In this document: one piece after another, positions 28,647 to 37,710 of the stretch
How the letters are laid out: each line of letters opens with the position of its first letter
How positions within the stretch are numbered: the first letter of the stretch is position 1
Source: an uncultured Pseudomonadales bacterium
GTDB lineage: Bacteria; Patescibacteriota; Microgenomatia; UBA1400; PJMF01
Reading direction: 5' to 3'
Length of the DNA: 64,000 nt
NCBI GenBank assembly: GCA_964637295.1
Contig: CAZWWE010000001.1
Span: 20,327-84,326, forward strand
Made by a program: the position numbers and the translations under genes
The notes under the pieces: generated by a model
The model's input: only the letters and a program-made list of their open reading frames with translations
What the model was told of the DNA's origin: nothing
Databases searched by the model: none

Positions 28647-29054
28647 ATGTCAATTGTTAGATATAGTCCACTATCAGCCATGTTAAGCCGTTGGCCAGAT
28701 ATTTGGGATGAGGACGTTTTTGATCAAAGCAATAGTCATCTCAATGTTTATGAAAGTAAAAACAAAGTCGTGGTCGAAGCCAATGTCGCTGGCGTCGCTG
28801 ATGAAGACGTCGACCTTACCTTTGAAAAAGGCGTGCTCTGGATCCAGGCTAAAAAACAAGAGGAAAAAACCGATGAAGAACGCAAATATTACAGCCGCTC
28901 ATCTTTTTCCTACTCATACAAGGTCGCTATTCCAGGAGACGTCGATTTGAGCAAGGAACCAGAAGCAGAAATTAAAAACGGCGTACTCAAAGTAGAATTC
29001 CAAAAATCTGCTCTCGCTCAACCCAAAAAACTAAAGATTAAAAGTGGTAAATAA
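28647..29054 (+). CDS. Hsp20 / alpha-crystallin small heat-shock protein
   Basis: Alpha-crystallin domain layout (…DVYESKNKVVVEANVAGVADEDVDLTFEKGVLWIQAKK…GVLKVEF). Confidence 0.8.
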   Translation: MSIVRYSPLSAMLSRWPDIWDEDVFDQSNSHLNVYESKNKVVVEANVAGVADEDVDLTFEKGVLWIQAKKQEEKTDEERKYYSRSSFSYSYKVAIPGDVDLSKEPEAEIKNGVLKVEFQKSALAQPKKLKIKSGK

Positions 29055-29076
29055 ATTTCCTAACCGCTGATGAATC

Positions 29077-29108
29077 AAAACCCCGTCTTACGACGGGGTT
29101 TTTGGTTT
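29077..29108. terminator. bidirectional intrinsic terminator between hsp20 and metK
   Basis: aaaaccccgtc-ttac-gacggggttttt hairpin with flanking A/T runs. Confidence 0.7.
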
Positions 29109-30230
29109 TTATTTATTTGCAATGATTTTTTCCCAACTAAATTCTGCTCTGCCAAAATGGCCATAAGCGGCAGTTTGAGCAAAAACTGGCTGGCGCAAAG
29201 CCAGCTGATTAATGATGTTTTGCACTGACATATCTAGTAAGCCCAAGGCATATTTTTTAATTTCCTGATCACTGACTTTGCCAGTTCCAAAAGTTTCTAT
29301 ATTAAGAGAAACTGGTTTGGCTTGACCGATGACATAAGCCACTTGCAATTCACAGCGCCTGGCTAAACCCTGAGCAACAATGTTTTTGGCCAAAAATCGA
29401 CAAGCATAAGCTGCGCTACGATCAACTTTGCTAGGATCTTTACCAGAAAAACAGCCACCGCCATGACGACCCATGCCACCATAAGTATCAATGATAATTT
29501 TGCGACCAGTAAGACCGGTGTCAGAAGCTGGTCCGCCAATTTCCCAAGCTCCAGTCCCATTGATAATTAACTTAATTTTATTTTGATCCAAGATTTGCTT
29601 TGGGAAATATTTTTTCACTGCAGGAACAATCACTTTGCTCCACAAATCTTGTTCTAACTGGTCTTTACTAATTTGCGGATCATAAGGTACGGCCATAATA
29701 ATCGTCGAGACTTGATCAGGTTTACCATCTAAATAATCAATCACTACCTGAGCCTTGCCATCCGGCCTCAAATAGGAAATCACTAAATTTTCGCGAGCCT
29801 GATCCAGATTAAACATTAATTGGTGAGCCAACATAATCGGCATTGGCATCAACTCGGGTGTTTCATCGCAAGCATAGCCAAACATCATGCCCTGATCACC
29901 AGCGCCGCCCCCATCTACGCCCATGGCAATATCCTGAGATTGCTGATGAATGTAAACTTCAATGTCTGCTTGGTCAGAAAAGCCCCAAGCAGGATTGGTG
30001 TAGCCGAGCTTTTTAATCGTTTGACGGGCGATTTTTTCATAGTCGATTTTGCCAGCACTAGTCACCTCACCAGCTAAAATCACTTTATTGGTGGTCACTA
30101 AAGTTTCCATTGCCACTCGACTATGAGGATCAATTTTCAAACAAGCATCAACGATGCCATCGGAAATTTGATCGCAAATTTTATCAGGATGACCTGCAGC
30201 CACTGATTCTGAAGTAAATTGTTCGAACAT
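29109..30230 (-). CDS. metK: S-adenosylmethionine synthetase
   Basis: N-terminal FTSESVAAGHPDKICDQISD. GGGAFSGKD-like motif. Full-length MAT. Confidence 0.9.
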   Translation of the reverse strand: MFEQFTSESVAAGHPDKICDQISDGIVDACLKIDPHSRVAMETLVTTNKVILAGEVTSAGKIDYEKIARQTIKKLGYTNPAWGFSDQADIEVYIHQQSQDIAMGVDGGGAGDQGMMFGYACDETPELMPMPIMLAHQLMFNLDQARENLVISYLRPDGKAQVVIDYLDGKPDQVSTIIMAVPYDPQISKDQLEQDLWSKVIVPAVKKYFPKQILDQNKIKLIINGTGAWEIGGPASDTGLTGRKIIIDTYGGMGRHGGGCFSGKDPSKVDRSAAYACRFLAKNIVAQGLARRCELQVAYVIGQAKPVSLNIETFGTGKVSDQEIKKYALGLLDMSVQNIINQLALRQPVFAQTAAYGHFGRAEFSWEKIIANK

Positions 30231-30560
30231 ATTTTACCCTTCCAAAAAAAGATTAACCTTCTATTAATGTGGGGAGAAAATAAAAAAACACTCCGCCAAG
30301 AGTGTTTGATAGATCCCCCCTATGCGAATAAAAATTGATTGTTAATTCATCATATATTTATGGATTTTTGGAGACAGAGATTCACGATAGTAGCTTTGCC
30401 TACTTGAGTGAAGCTCTAACGTACAAAAAGACATAAATAGATGTGAAAGAACTGTTTATTCTTATTCGCAGAGAGGGGGATCTTGCTTTCTCAAACGAGC
30501 GAATCTCCCTCTTGCGAGCTAGATTTAGCACCGTATTTTTTCAAATATTTTGAAATAAAA
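30231..30560 (-). promoter_or_regulatory. structured metK 5' leader with intrinsic terminator; candidate SAM-responsive riboswitch/attenuator
   Basis: On the metK strand, a terminator hairpin (aaacactc-ttggcgg-agtgttt + U-run) sits ~45 nt upstream of the ATG. A 20-nt long-range inverted repeat (30311-30330 vs 30463-30483) can form an alternative pairing. An AAGAGGGAGA segment resembles part of the SAM-I core. Confidence 0.4.
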
Positions 30561-30661
30561 TCGGTTGCTGAATGGGTCAAAAGGCTAGTTCCCTCACCAT
30601 TTCTCTTGATTTAATTTGTTAATCAAAACAATTTTAACAAAAAACTGTTAAAATGTCAGTC

Positions 30662-31240
30662 ATGAAAAAAATTCTGGTAATTCTTGGTCATCCTTCAGAA
30701 AAAAGTTTCAATGGCACTATTTTCAAACACTATATTAAACAAGCGCGCTTAGCGGGTCATCAGGTGCGTAGTTTATCTCTTGGCAAATTAAGTTTTGATT
30801 TAATTTCTCGCCAAAACAAAACTAAGCCACAATTACTTGAACCAGATTTGCAAAAAGCACAAAAAGCAATTTTATGGGCTGAACACCTGGTATTTATTTA
30901 TCCCATTTGGTGGGGTAATCTGCCAGCTTTACTCAAAGGCTTTATAGATCGTGTTTTTATTTCTGGTTTCTCACATCGCTACTTGGGCAAGCGTCGCTAT
31001 GTTAAATTGTTGACTGGTAAAAGTGCAGAACTGATCGTTACTATGGATGCTCCTGCAATTTTTGAAAGTTTTCTCCTTTGTGGAGCAGCTACGCGTCGAG
31101 TGATGCAACAAGCAGTTTTAGAATTTTGTGGCATTAAGCCAGTTAAAATTACTCGTTTCGCCCAATTGCGCACCAAAAATGCTCAACAAAGAGTCGCAAT
31201 TCTAGATCAAATTAGCCAACAAATAAAGAAATTGCGCTAA
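30662..31240 (+). CDS. flavodoxin-like fold NAD(P)H-dependent FMN oxidoreductase
   Basis: MKKILVILGHPSEKSFNG... Flavodoxin_2 / NAD(P)H dehydrogenase (quinone)-like pattern. Confidence 0.6.
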   Translation: MKKILVILGHPSEKSFNGTIFKHYIKQARLAGHQVRSLSLGKLSFDLISRQNKTKPQLLEPDLQKAQKAILWAEHLVFIYPIWWGNLPALLKGFIDRVFISGFSHRYLGKRRYVKLLTGKSAELIVTMDAPAIFESFLLCGAATRRVMQQAVLEFCGIKPVKITRFAQLRTKNAQQRVAILDQISQQIKKLR

Positions 31241-31337
31241 AATTTGATTAACACTATCTAATTTATCAATTCAAGATATAATGTCTTTCAGTATTAATTG
31301 TCTTGGACGAAGAGTCCAGGAAAGAAGAGTCCATTTT

Positions 31338-31694
31338 ATGTCAGATCAAAATGACAACATGGAAAACAAGAAAAAAATCTTCGTGGGTAATTTGCCTTTC
31401 AGCATGACCCAAGATGCTTTGCAAAATTTGTTTTCCGAATTTGGCGAAATTACCCAAGTCAGTTTAATTACTGATAGAATGACCGGCCGTTCTAAGGGTT
31501 TCGCTTTTGTAGAATTTGCCGAAGAAGCTAGTGCACAAGCTGCCATTGATAAAATGTCAGGTACAGCAGTAGAAGAGAGAGAGTTGGTAGTTAATATCGC
31601 TCGACCTCGTGAACCAAGAAACGATCGTTTCCCTCGTAGAGACAATCGCGGTTTTGGTGGTGGAAGACCACAAAATAGAGATCGTAGATATTAA
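31338..31694 (+). CDS. RRM-domain RNA-binding protein with Arg/Gly-rich C-terminal tail
   Basis: RNP-2 IFVGNL and RNP-1 KGFAFVEF. C-terminus RPREPRNDRFPRRDNRGFGGGRPQNRDRRY. I placed the start at the Met preceding the RRM, not the upstream ORF-tool start. Confidence 0.75.
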   Translation: MSDQNDNMENKKKIFVGNLPFSMTQDALQNLFSEFGEITQVSLITDRMTGRSKGFAFVEFAEEASAQAAIDKMSGTAVEERELVVNIARPREPRNDRFPRRDNRGFGGGRPQNRDRRY

Positions 31695-31713
31695 TCTTTA
31701 GATCAAAATTTAG

Positions 31714-31741
31714 AAACGCCAGGTTATTACCTGGCGTTTTT
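31714..31741 (+). terminator. intrinsic terminator after the RRM gene
   Basis: aaacgccagg-ttatta-cctggcgttttt. Confidence 0.7.
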
Positions 31742-31787
31742 GGATTTGCAGAACCATTTTTTCAAGAGAGATGGTAAAATAACCTTT

Positions 31788-32453
31788 ATGTCTTTTGCAA
31801 CAGAAAATTCTGGCACTAATAGACCTGCTTCACATCCAACAAACCCTGCTGGATTAAATCCAGATTGGCAGTTTAATACACCTCAACCATCGATGGGTGA
31901 GGCAGTTTTGGATGCTGTCAAAGATGTTGTGGGTCTGTATATTGATTCATTAACTAACTGTCACAATCGCGCATTTTTAAGAAAATTTTTAGAAACTCAA
32001 TTTGATCCAAAAAAAGATGACGGTAAACTAGCCATTGTCTTTATTGACTTTAATAAACTAAAAGAAATGAACGATCAATTTGGTCATGACTTCGGAAATA
32101 GAGCAATCATTGAATTAATTGAATTAATTAAAAAAATGGTCAAATCTCAAGATCTGATTGTTAGATATGGAGGAGACGAATTTATAGTGATCTGTCGAAC
32201 AGATGTTTTAGGTGAGAAAAATTTTCTTGAATCATTGAACGAGAGATTTAAAGCCATACAAAGACTAATCAGCCAACATAATCAACAAATCGGCAGAAAA
32301 GAGCCAGAACAACTTAATTTTGCTTTTGGCGCTGCATTATACGAACGCAGCACTGACAGCGAGGATTTGGAAGCGACAATTAAGCGCGCAGATGCTTTAA
32401 TGTATCAAAATAAAAAAGCAATGAAAAAAAGAAAAGAAAAGTGGAATTTTTGA
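31788..32453 (+). CDS. GGDEF-domain protein (diguanylate cyclase-like)
   Basis: Intact RYGGDEFIVI motif and upstream ...DLTNCHNRAF... start of the GGDEF domain. The ORF-tool start at 31740 is a TTG inside the terminator. I used the ATG at 31788. Confidence 0.65.
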   Translation: MSFATENSGTNRPASHPTNPAGLNPDWQFNTPQPSMGEAVLDAVKDVVGLYIDSLTNCHNRAFLRKFLETQFDPKKDDGKLAIVFIDFNKLKEMNDQFGHDFGNRAIIELIELIKKMVKSQDLIVRYGGDEFIVICRTDVLGEKNFLESLNERFKAIQRLISQHNQQIGRKEPEQLNFAFGAALYERSTDSEDLEATIKRADALMYQNKKAMKKRKEKWNF

Positions 32454-32532
32454 TTTGCTTAACAAATTATCTATTCGGATACGAAGTGTTTTCGAATAAA
32501 TTGAAAGCAATTCTTCTTTAACAATAAACTAT

Positions 32533-32615
32533 GGAGGTGTCGCATAGTGGTCAATTGCACACGCTTGGAAAGCGTGAGCCGCAAGGCTTCGCAGGTTCGA
32601 TTCCTGTCACCTCCG
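32533..32615 (+). tRNA. tRNA-Ser (anticodon GGA), type II
   Basis: Acceptor ggaggtg/cacctcc, discriminator G. 3-bp D stem. Anticodon stem cacgc/gcgtg with loop ttGGAaa. Variable hairpin. T arm with ttcgatt loop. Confidence 0.8.
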
Positions 32616-32715
32616 CAATAATTGAAAAGTTCTGATAGACCCGTCTAATATCGCTGAATGAGTTGATGGGGCTTGCTAAATTTCCTTGATTTAAACATTT
32701 TTTGGTTTAACAGCC
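32616..32715 (+). repeat. repeat A copy 5, directly after tRNA-Ser(GGA)
   Basis: caataattgaaaagttctgatagacccgtctaatatcgctgaatgagttgatggggcttgctaaatttccttgatttaaacattttttggtttaacagcc. Confidence 0.85.
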
Positions 32716-32828
32716 AAAAGGGTTTTGTTATAAAATAGTCTTCAGAAAAGTAAGCTCTTTAGTTAAAAGCGCAAAAATTTTGGCAACAACTTTGAATATA
32801 TGGATGTTATCACTTTAGGAGTAAAAAT

Positions 32829-34295
32829 ATGAATGATCAAGAAACAAGAAGCAACCTCTCTATGTTAGATTTTGAAACCCAAAAGGGACAAAATCATTTG
32901 GAAGAGGTTTCAGAATCAAAAAAAGAACGCCAATTTTCTTTACAATCGGACAAACTGGAAGAAATAAAAAGAGAACTTTTTAAAAACTTATCTGAGATGG
33001 ATCCAAGCCTATTGCTTGATGCAAATTCAAGACAACAAATTTTTAATGAATTTTCAAATAAAATTACTGAAATGTTTCCAGAGATCGCGCTATTTACATC
33101 TGAGGGGCAAAAAGCCTCTGAGTTCTCGCCCAAGCCAGTTGAAGTTGAGCACAAAAAAACCGTCGCATCGCTTTATTACTTGTTGCTTCTCACTTCTAGT
33201 GACACACCTATTCAAAACAAAGATGATGTTAGGTTTAAAATTTTAGTTCCAACTTTTTTCCAAGAAAAGCTCGGCCCACAAATACTTGAGGAGCAACGAA
33301 GAGTGGTGAATACCCTTTTAGGTGATAAAAATAAAATGTGTATGATGGCTTCGATGTTAGCTATACACGACATGGCAAAATTAGAAAGCGTTTTAAGTAT
33401 TATTGATTCAATTAGGACAGAAAACGGGCAGCAACATACTTCTGATCATGATGTAGCTTTGCAGTCACTACTCAATAATGAGCAAAAAACATCAGAAATT
33501 CTACCTACGATGGCTGCTTTACCAAAAGAAAAACAAGAGTTAATTAAGCTAATTTTGAAAGCTGGATCAGAAATAAACATTGGTCAAATTGGTCAAGCAT
33601 TAGAAGGCAATCCAAGTCAAATTGAGGCGATATCTAGAGTGGAACTTTCCCCAGAAGACATTGGTTTTTGGTTTATTGAAAATTTAGCTGATACAGCCAG
33701 TGCTGCTGGCACGGCAGATGGCTCAGCACTAGTCATGTCTCAAGAATCAGTGTGGAATGCTTGGAAATGGGCAGTTGATTCTTTAATAAAAGTTAAAAAA
33801 GAAGGTGTTGATTCAGTTGAAGCATATCTAAACTTACTCAGTCATGAGGCCAACGCTTTAGGCATTACTTTTGACAGAAAAGATAATGAGCAAGTAACTA
33901 GTTTGCGTATTTGTATGGCTTTACAAACCACTGATAAAAGCCTCTATCAAAAAATCCTTAGTTTTATTCAGGACCAACCAAATACAATAACTGACCTATT
34001 TGGAATGGAAGGTATGACTGGAGAACAAACATATCGTCTATACTATTCTCCTTCTATACTGCGTAAGGTTAGTCAAATTTTGAGTCCAGAAGCAGCGATG
34101 AACTTCTTAAATAAAATTACTAACATTTGTAAAGAGAAAATTGATGGTGGTAAAAATTTACAGAATGGTGAAATTACTTTTCAACTATCAAGCATTGATG
34201 CTGCAATCAATCCAAAAATGCCAGCTGATGAACTAACTGCACTTTTAGATAAGAGCTTGACGATTGACGATAATCTTTATGTTAAATTTCAGTAG
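32829..34295 (+). CDS. orphan 488-aa acidic cytoplasmic protein of unknown function
   Basis: No signal peptide or TM. Predicted helical. No recognisable catalytic motif. Bounded by tRNA-Ser(GGA)+repeat A on the left and repeat B on the right. Confidence 0.5.
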   Translation: MNDQETRSNLSMLDFETQKGQNHLEEVSESKKERQFSLQSDKLEEIKRELFKNLSEMDPSLLLDANSRQQIFNEFSNKITEMFPEIALFTSEGQKASEFSPKPVEVEHKKTVASLYYLLLLTSSDTPIQNKDDVRFKILVPTFFQEKLGPQILEEQRRVVNTLLGDKNKMCMMASMLAIHDMAKLESVLSIIDSIRTENGQQHTSDHDVALQSLLNNEQKTSEILPTMAALPKEKQELIKLILKAGSEINIGQIGQALEGNPSQIEAISRVELSPEDIGFWFIENLADTASAAGTADGSALVMSQESVWNAWKWAVDSLIKVKKEGVDSVEAYLNLLSHEANALGITFDRKDNEQVTSLRICMALQTTDKSLYQKILSFIQDQPNTITDLFGMEGMTGEQTYRLYYSPSILRKVSQILSPEAAMNFLNKITNICKEKIDGGKNLQNGEITFQLSSIDAAINPKMPADELTALLDKSLTIDDNLYVKFQ

Positions 34296-34308
34296 AAAAT
34301 TGGTTTTA

Positions 34309-34402
34309 GATCTTCGCAAGGTCTAAAAATGAGCTAAAATGGCTCTTAGACCTATAACTACTTGAGGTAAATGTGCCGTGGTTCAAATCCCATGCTCCGC
34401 CA
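34309..34402 (+). repeat. repeat B copy c
   Basis: gatcttcgcaaggtctaaaaatgagctaaaatggctcttagacctataactacttgaggtaaatgtgccgtggttcaaatcccatgctccgcca. Confidence 0.75.
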
Positions 34403-34435
34403 AAGTCTTGCCATTAAAAATTTATCAATTGAAAA

Positions 34436-36046
34436 TCAATTGGTCAATTGTGCCGGATCGCTGGCGGCTCGAACTTCCAATTTGTATCCACCAAATTGGT
34501 TTACATCGACAACAACTGAAAAGTCATTCTGTCTTTTGATAAATTGTTGATAAATATCACCCAACACTAGCACTTCGGGTTCTTCGATAAAAAAATGCAA
34601 TTTTTCAATCGAATTTTTTTGTGTTAAGATTTCTGCACCAAACTTTCCCAACTGGCTACTCCCAAAATAACTTGGTTTATAGCCATATTTTTTGAAGCCA
34701 TGCCAATTATATAAATAGGCCCAAGTGATGTAATATTCATAAGGTGCAGTCCAAACAGAAATAGAAAAAGGTTGACCTTGAGCAAGTGCGTAAGTTTTCT
34801 CAATTAATTCTAATTCTCTGGCCAAAGTTACTCCAGTTTGATAAGTAAAAATATTAGTATTCTGCACTCTCATTAACTTAAGAGCTTTAATTTGCGTCCA
34901 TACGTACATGCTTAACAAGCAAATTAGTAATAAACGTCCAAAAAAGACTTTTTGACTAAAAAGAGTATGAAGCAAAAAAGCAAATAACAATAAAATTAAA
35001 TATTCCATACCCATTAACATGTGAGGACTATCGCGAAATTGAATTACAAATAACCACAAAGGCGCCAGCGCCCAACTTAAGAAAAAATATTTAACCGCTT
35101 GACTTGGCTGATGTTTCAAGCAAATCAATAAAGTTAATAGAAAAATAAAAAGCGCATATAAAGTCATTTGCGGAGCTAGAGTTTGAATAATTTTTTGTAA
35201 ATAAAAATCCAAAAAATCACTAAGCACTGTCAAATCTACTAGTTCTTTGCTTTGACCGATTGCCTTGAAAAAAGTTTCTAAACTGAAAATTCCAACTCTA
35301 AATAATTTATACTGCGTTAACAACATGGTGAAAATCGTTGCTAAAAAACTTAATAAAAAAGCAGCCATTTGTTTAAGATTAAATAGCTGATAAAAAGCTA
35401 GCTTTTTTTGATTAGTTAAATAAAACACAGCCACTAAAATCACTCCAATAAAATACAGGGCGTAAAAAGCACTTTGTTCAATCAAGCCCAGAGAAACGCC
35501 CAAGATCATGAATAAATATAAAGATTGGCTTTTTTGATATTGGTAAAATATTTTCCAAATCAGCAAAAAGAAAACCAGAAGCGGTAGTAGGCCCATCATC
35601 GGATTGGATAACCAAGTTGAATACTGGGCATGTTCGAAATTAAGCGCTAATAAAAAAGCGCCTAACAAAGCCATGGTCTTATTTTTAAAAATAGCATTGA
35701 TTAAAAAATAAAGCAGAAAAACTGCTGCAGAATTAATAAGCGCCATAATTATCGTTACTAGAAATGGATCACCAGCAAAAACAGTGTAAAAGAAACCAAT
35801 GAAATAATAATAAAAAACTCCATGATAAATAGTGTCATTGGTACCACTGGCCGAAGGGCCCTGAATTTTTAAGTCGCGCTCTAAATAAATTTGCTGAGCT
35901 AAATAAGCATCTCTGGCCTGATCATACCAGAAGTAAATATGTTGATCGGCGATTAACCAGTAACGAAAAGCGAAGGCGAGTAAAAAAATGACCAGCAAAA
36001 TTAGACGAGGATTTTTTAATTTTGAAGAAAATTTTGACTTGAACAT
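34436..36046 (-). CDS. GT-C fold membrane glycosyltransferase (ArnT/PMT-like), paralog 1
   Basis: About 11 TM helices plus a C-terminal soluble domain. First-loop motif FWYDQARDAY...IQGPSASG, paralogous to the 36124 gene. Confidence 0.55.
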   Translation of the reverse strand: MFKSKFSSKLKNPRLILLVIFLLAFAFRYWLIADQHIYFWYDQARDAYLAQQIYLERDLKIQGPSASGTNDTIYHGVFYYYFIGFFYTVFAGDPFLVTIIMALINSAAVFLLYFLINAIFKNKTMALLGAFLLALNFEHAQYSTWLSNPMMGLLPLLVFFLLIWKIFYQYQKSQSLYLFMILGVSLGLIEQSAFYALYFIGVILVAVFYLTNQKKLAFYQLFNLKQMAAFLLSFLATIFTMLLTQYKLFRVGIFSLETFFKAIGQSKELVDLTVLSDFLDFYLQKIIQTLAPQMTLYALFIFLLTLLICLKHQPSQAVKYFFLSWALAPLWLFVIQFRDSPHMLMGMEYLILLLFAFLLHTLFSQKVFFGRLLLICLLSMYVWTQIKALKLMRVQNTNIFTYQTGVTLARELELIEKTYALAQGQPFSISVWTAPYEYYITWAYLYNWHGFKKYGYKPSYFGSSQLGKFGAEILTQKNSIEKLHFFIEEPEVLVLGDIYQQFIKRQNDFSVVVDVNQFGGYKLEVRAASDPAQLTN

Positions 36047-36123
36047 AGATCGATTTAATTAATGCTTAATCAGCTTAACTGAAAGAGCTTGCTTTAGCAA
36101 TTACATGCTATGATTAAAACATC

Positions 36124-37704
36124 ATGAAATTTAAGTTCAATCGACAAATTTTGGCTTGGCTGATAATTATTTTGATAGCGATCTTTTTACGTTTTTATAA
36201 TTATGCAAATTTTCTTTATTTCATTAACGATCAAGGTCGCGATGCGCTTAAATTGAAAAGCATCGTTGAAGGCGATTTAACTTTAATTGGTCCCACTAGT
36301 GGCTTGCCGGGATTTTTCTTAGGGCCACTCTGGTATTATATTGGTTTACCAGGATATATGTTAAGCGATGGCAGTCCTCATGGGATTGCACTGTGGTACA
36401 TTTTTTTAGCTACTTTAGCCATCCCATTTTTTATTTTAATTGTTAAAAAATTATTGCCAAAAGAACAAATATGGCAATATTTGGGCTTTGGTTTTTTGGT
36501 TTTTTTACCAGCTAGCCTTAATGGTGCCACTTTTATTTGGAATCCATTATTGTCTATACCGCTGATGGCGGCCGCACTTTATTTTTTATTTGCCGCTCGT
36601 TCTTCTAGACTTGCCTTATTTTTAGCATTTTTAATGCTCGCTTTGATACTCCACTCTGAATTTGCTTACGGCATTTTTCTTTTGCCCATTTTATTTATTT
36701 TAATTTTTTGGATCAGAAAAAAATTTGCTCTTTTAGATTATGTAATTGCTGCTAGTGCTATTATTATTACCTTACTACCACAAATTCTTTTCGAAGTAAA
36801 AAATAATTTTTTAATGAGCAAATCCCTAATTCAAGGAGTAATTTCAGGAGAAACGGCTGTTTCACTATTTGCTTTGTGGACGCGTAGACCAAGCCAATTA
36901 TTTTCAAGCACACAAGAATTATTTTTTGGTCGTTCCTCGGCTGCCTTTATCCCCATGCTTCTCATTGGAGCTTTCATCATCTATGGAATGCATCAAGCAT
37001 TTAAGAAAAAAAACTATGAATGGCAAATAATCGCTTTAATTGGAGCCATTCCTTACATTGGCTACATGTTTTGGAAAGGAAATTATGGCAATTTTTTTTC
37101 CTATTACATCACTCCTCACTTTATTCCCCTAGCACTGATTTTCATCTATGGATTAAAAAATTTTTTTGCTCAACAAAAAAACAAAAATGCAAGCTATTTA
37201 CTTGGAGCTCTGATCGGTCTCATCTTGGCTTTTAGTCTCAATAATGCCTATGCTAGCACTCTCAAACCTGATAATGAAGCTGGACTACGCACCATTCTCT
37301 CTGCCAATCGAAAAGTTTTAGATTATCAAATCGCTGACCAGCAAGCAGTCGCCTTAACTACTGGCACCAGCTATTCTTCTTCGGTTTTGACCTTTACGCC
37401 CAATTACCTGACTGCCCAATATGATTTTGCAATGCAGTGGTTAGCCAAAGAACTCAATCTGCCAATTCCTAATACAGAATTGCGACCTACTGATCAAATG
37501 GTTTACATCATCGTTGAACCTGATCGAGAAATTCCTGAAAAAAGATTTTTGCCCTGGTATCAAAAAGTCACTGAAAATAGAGTTCGTTTGAGAAAAGAAA
37601 AAGTCGGCATTTTATTACTAGAAACTTGGGCGAATGCCGATTTTGCCCTACAAAATCAATTAGCAATTTATCAGGAAAACATCACTGAAAAAATGTGTTG
37701 GTAA
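36124..37704 (+). CDS. GT-C fold membrane glycosyltransferase, paralog 2
   Basis: FINDQGRDALKLKSIVEGDLTLIGPTSGLPG matches the same pattern as the 34436 gene. Multi-TM plus C-terminal domain. Confidence 0.55.
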   Translation: MKFKFNRQILAWLIIILIAIFLRFYNYANFLYFINDQGRDALKLKSIVEGDLTLIGPTSGLPGFFLGPLWYYIGLPGYMLSDGSPHGIALWYIFLATLAIPFFILIVKKLLPKEQIWQYLGFGFLVFLPASLNGATFIWNPLLSIPLMAAALYFLFAARSSRLALFLAFLMLALILHSEFAYGIFLLPILFILIFWIRKKFALLDYVIAASAIIITLLPQILFEVKNNFLMSKSLIQGVISGETAVSLFALWTRRPSQLFSSTQELFFGRSSAAFIPMLLIGAFIIYGMHQAFKKKNYEWQIIALIGAIPYIGYMFWKGNYGNFFSYYITPHFIPLALIFIYGLKNFFAQQKNKNASYLLGALIGLILAFSLNNAYASTLKPDNEAGLRTILSANRKVLDYQIADQQAVALTTGTSYSSSVLTFTPNYLTAQYDFAMQWLAKELNLPIPNTELRPTDQMVYIIVEPDREIPEKRFLPWYQKVTENRVRLRKEKVGILLLETWANADFALQNQLAIYQENITEKMCW

Positions 37705-37710
37705 AATCAG

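Noticed and set aside
31281-31337. Extended N-terminus of the RRM protein (ORF-tool start at 31281) and TTG start of the GGDEF ORF at 31740.
   Set aside because: The upstream extension has no homology and precedes a plausible Met directly before RNP-2. The 31740 TTG lies inside the preceding terminator hairpin.
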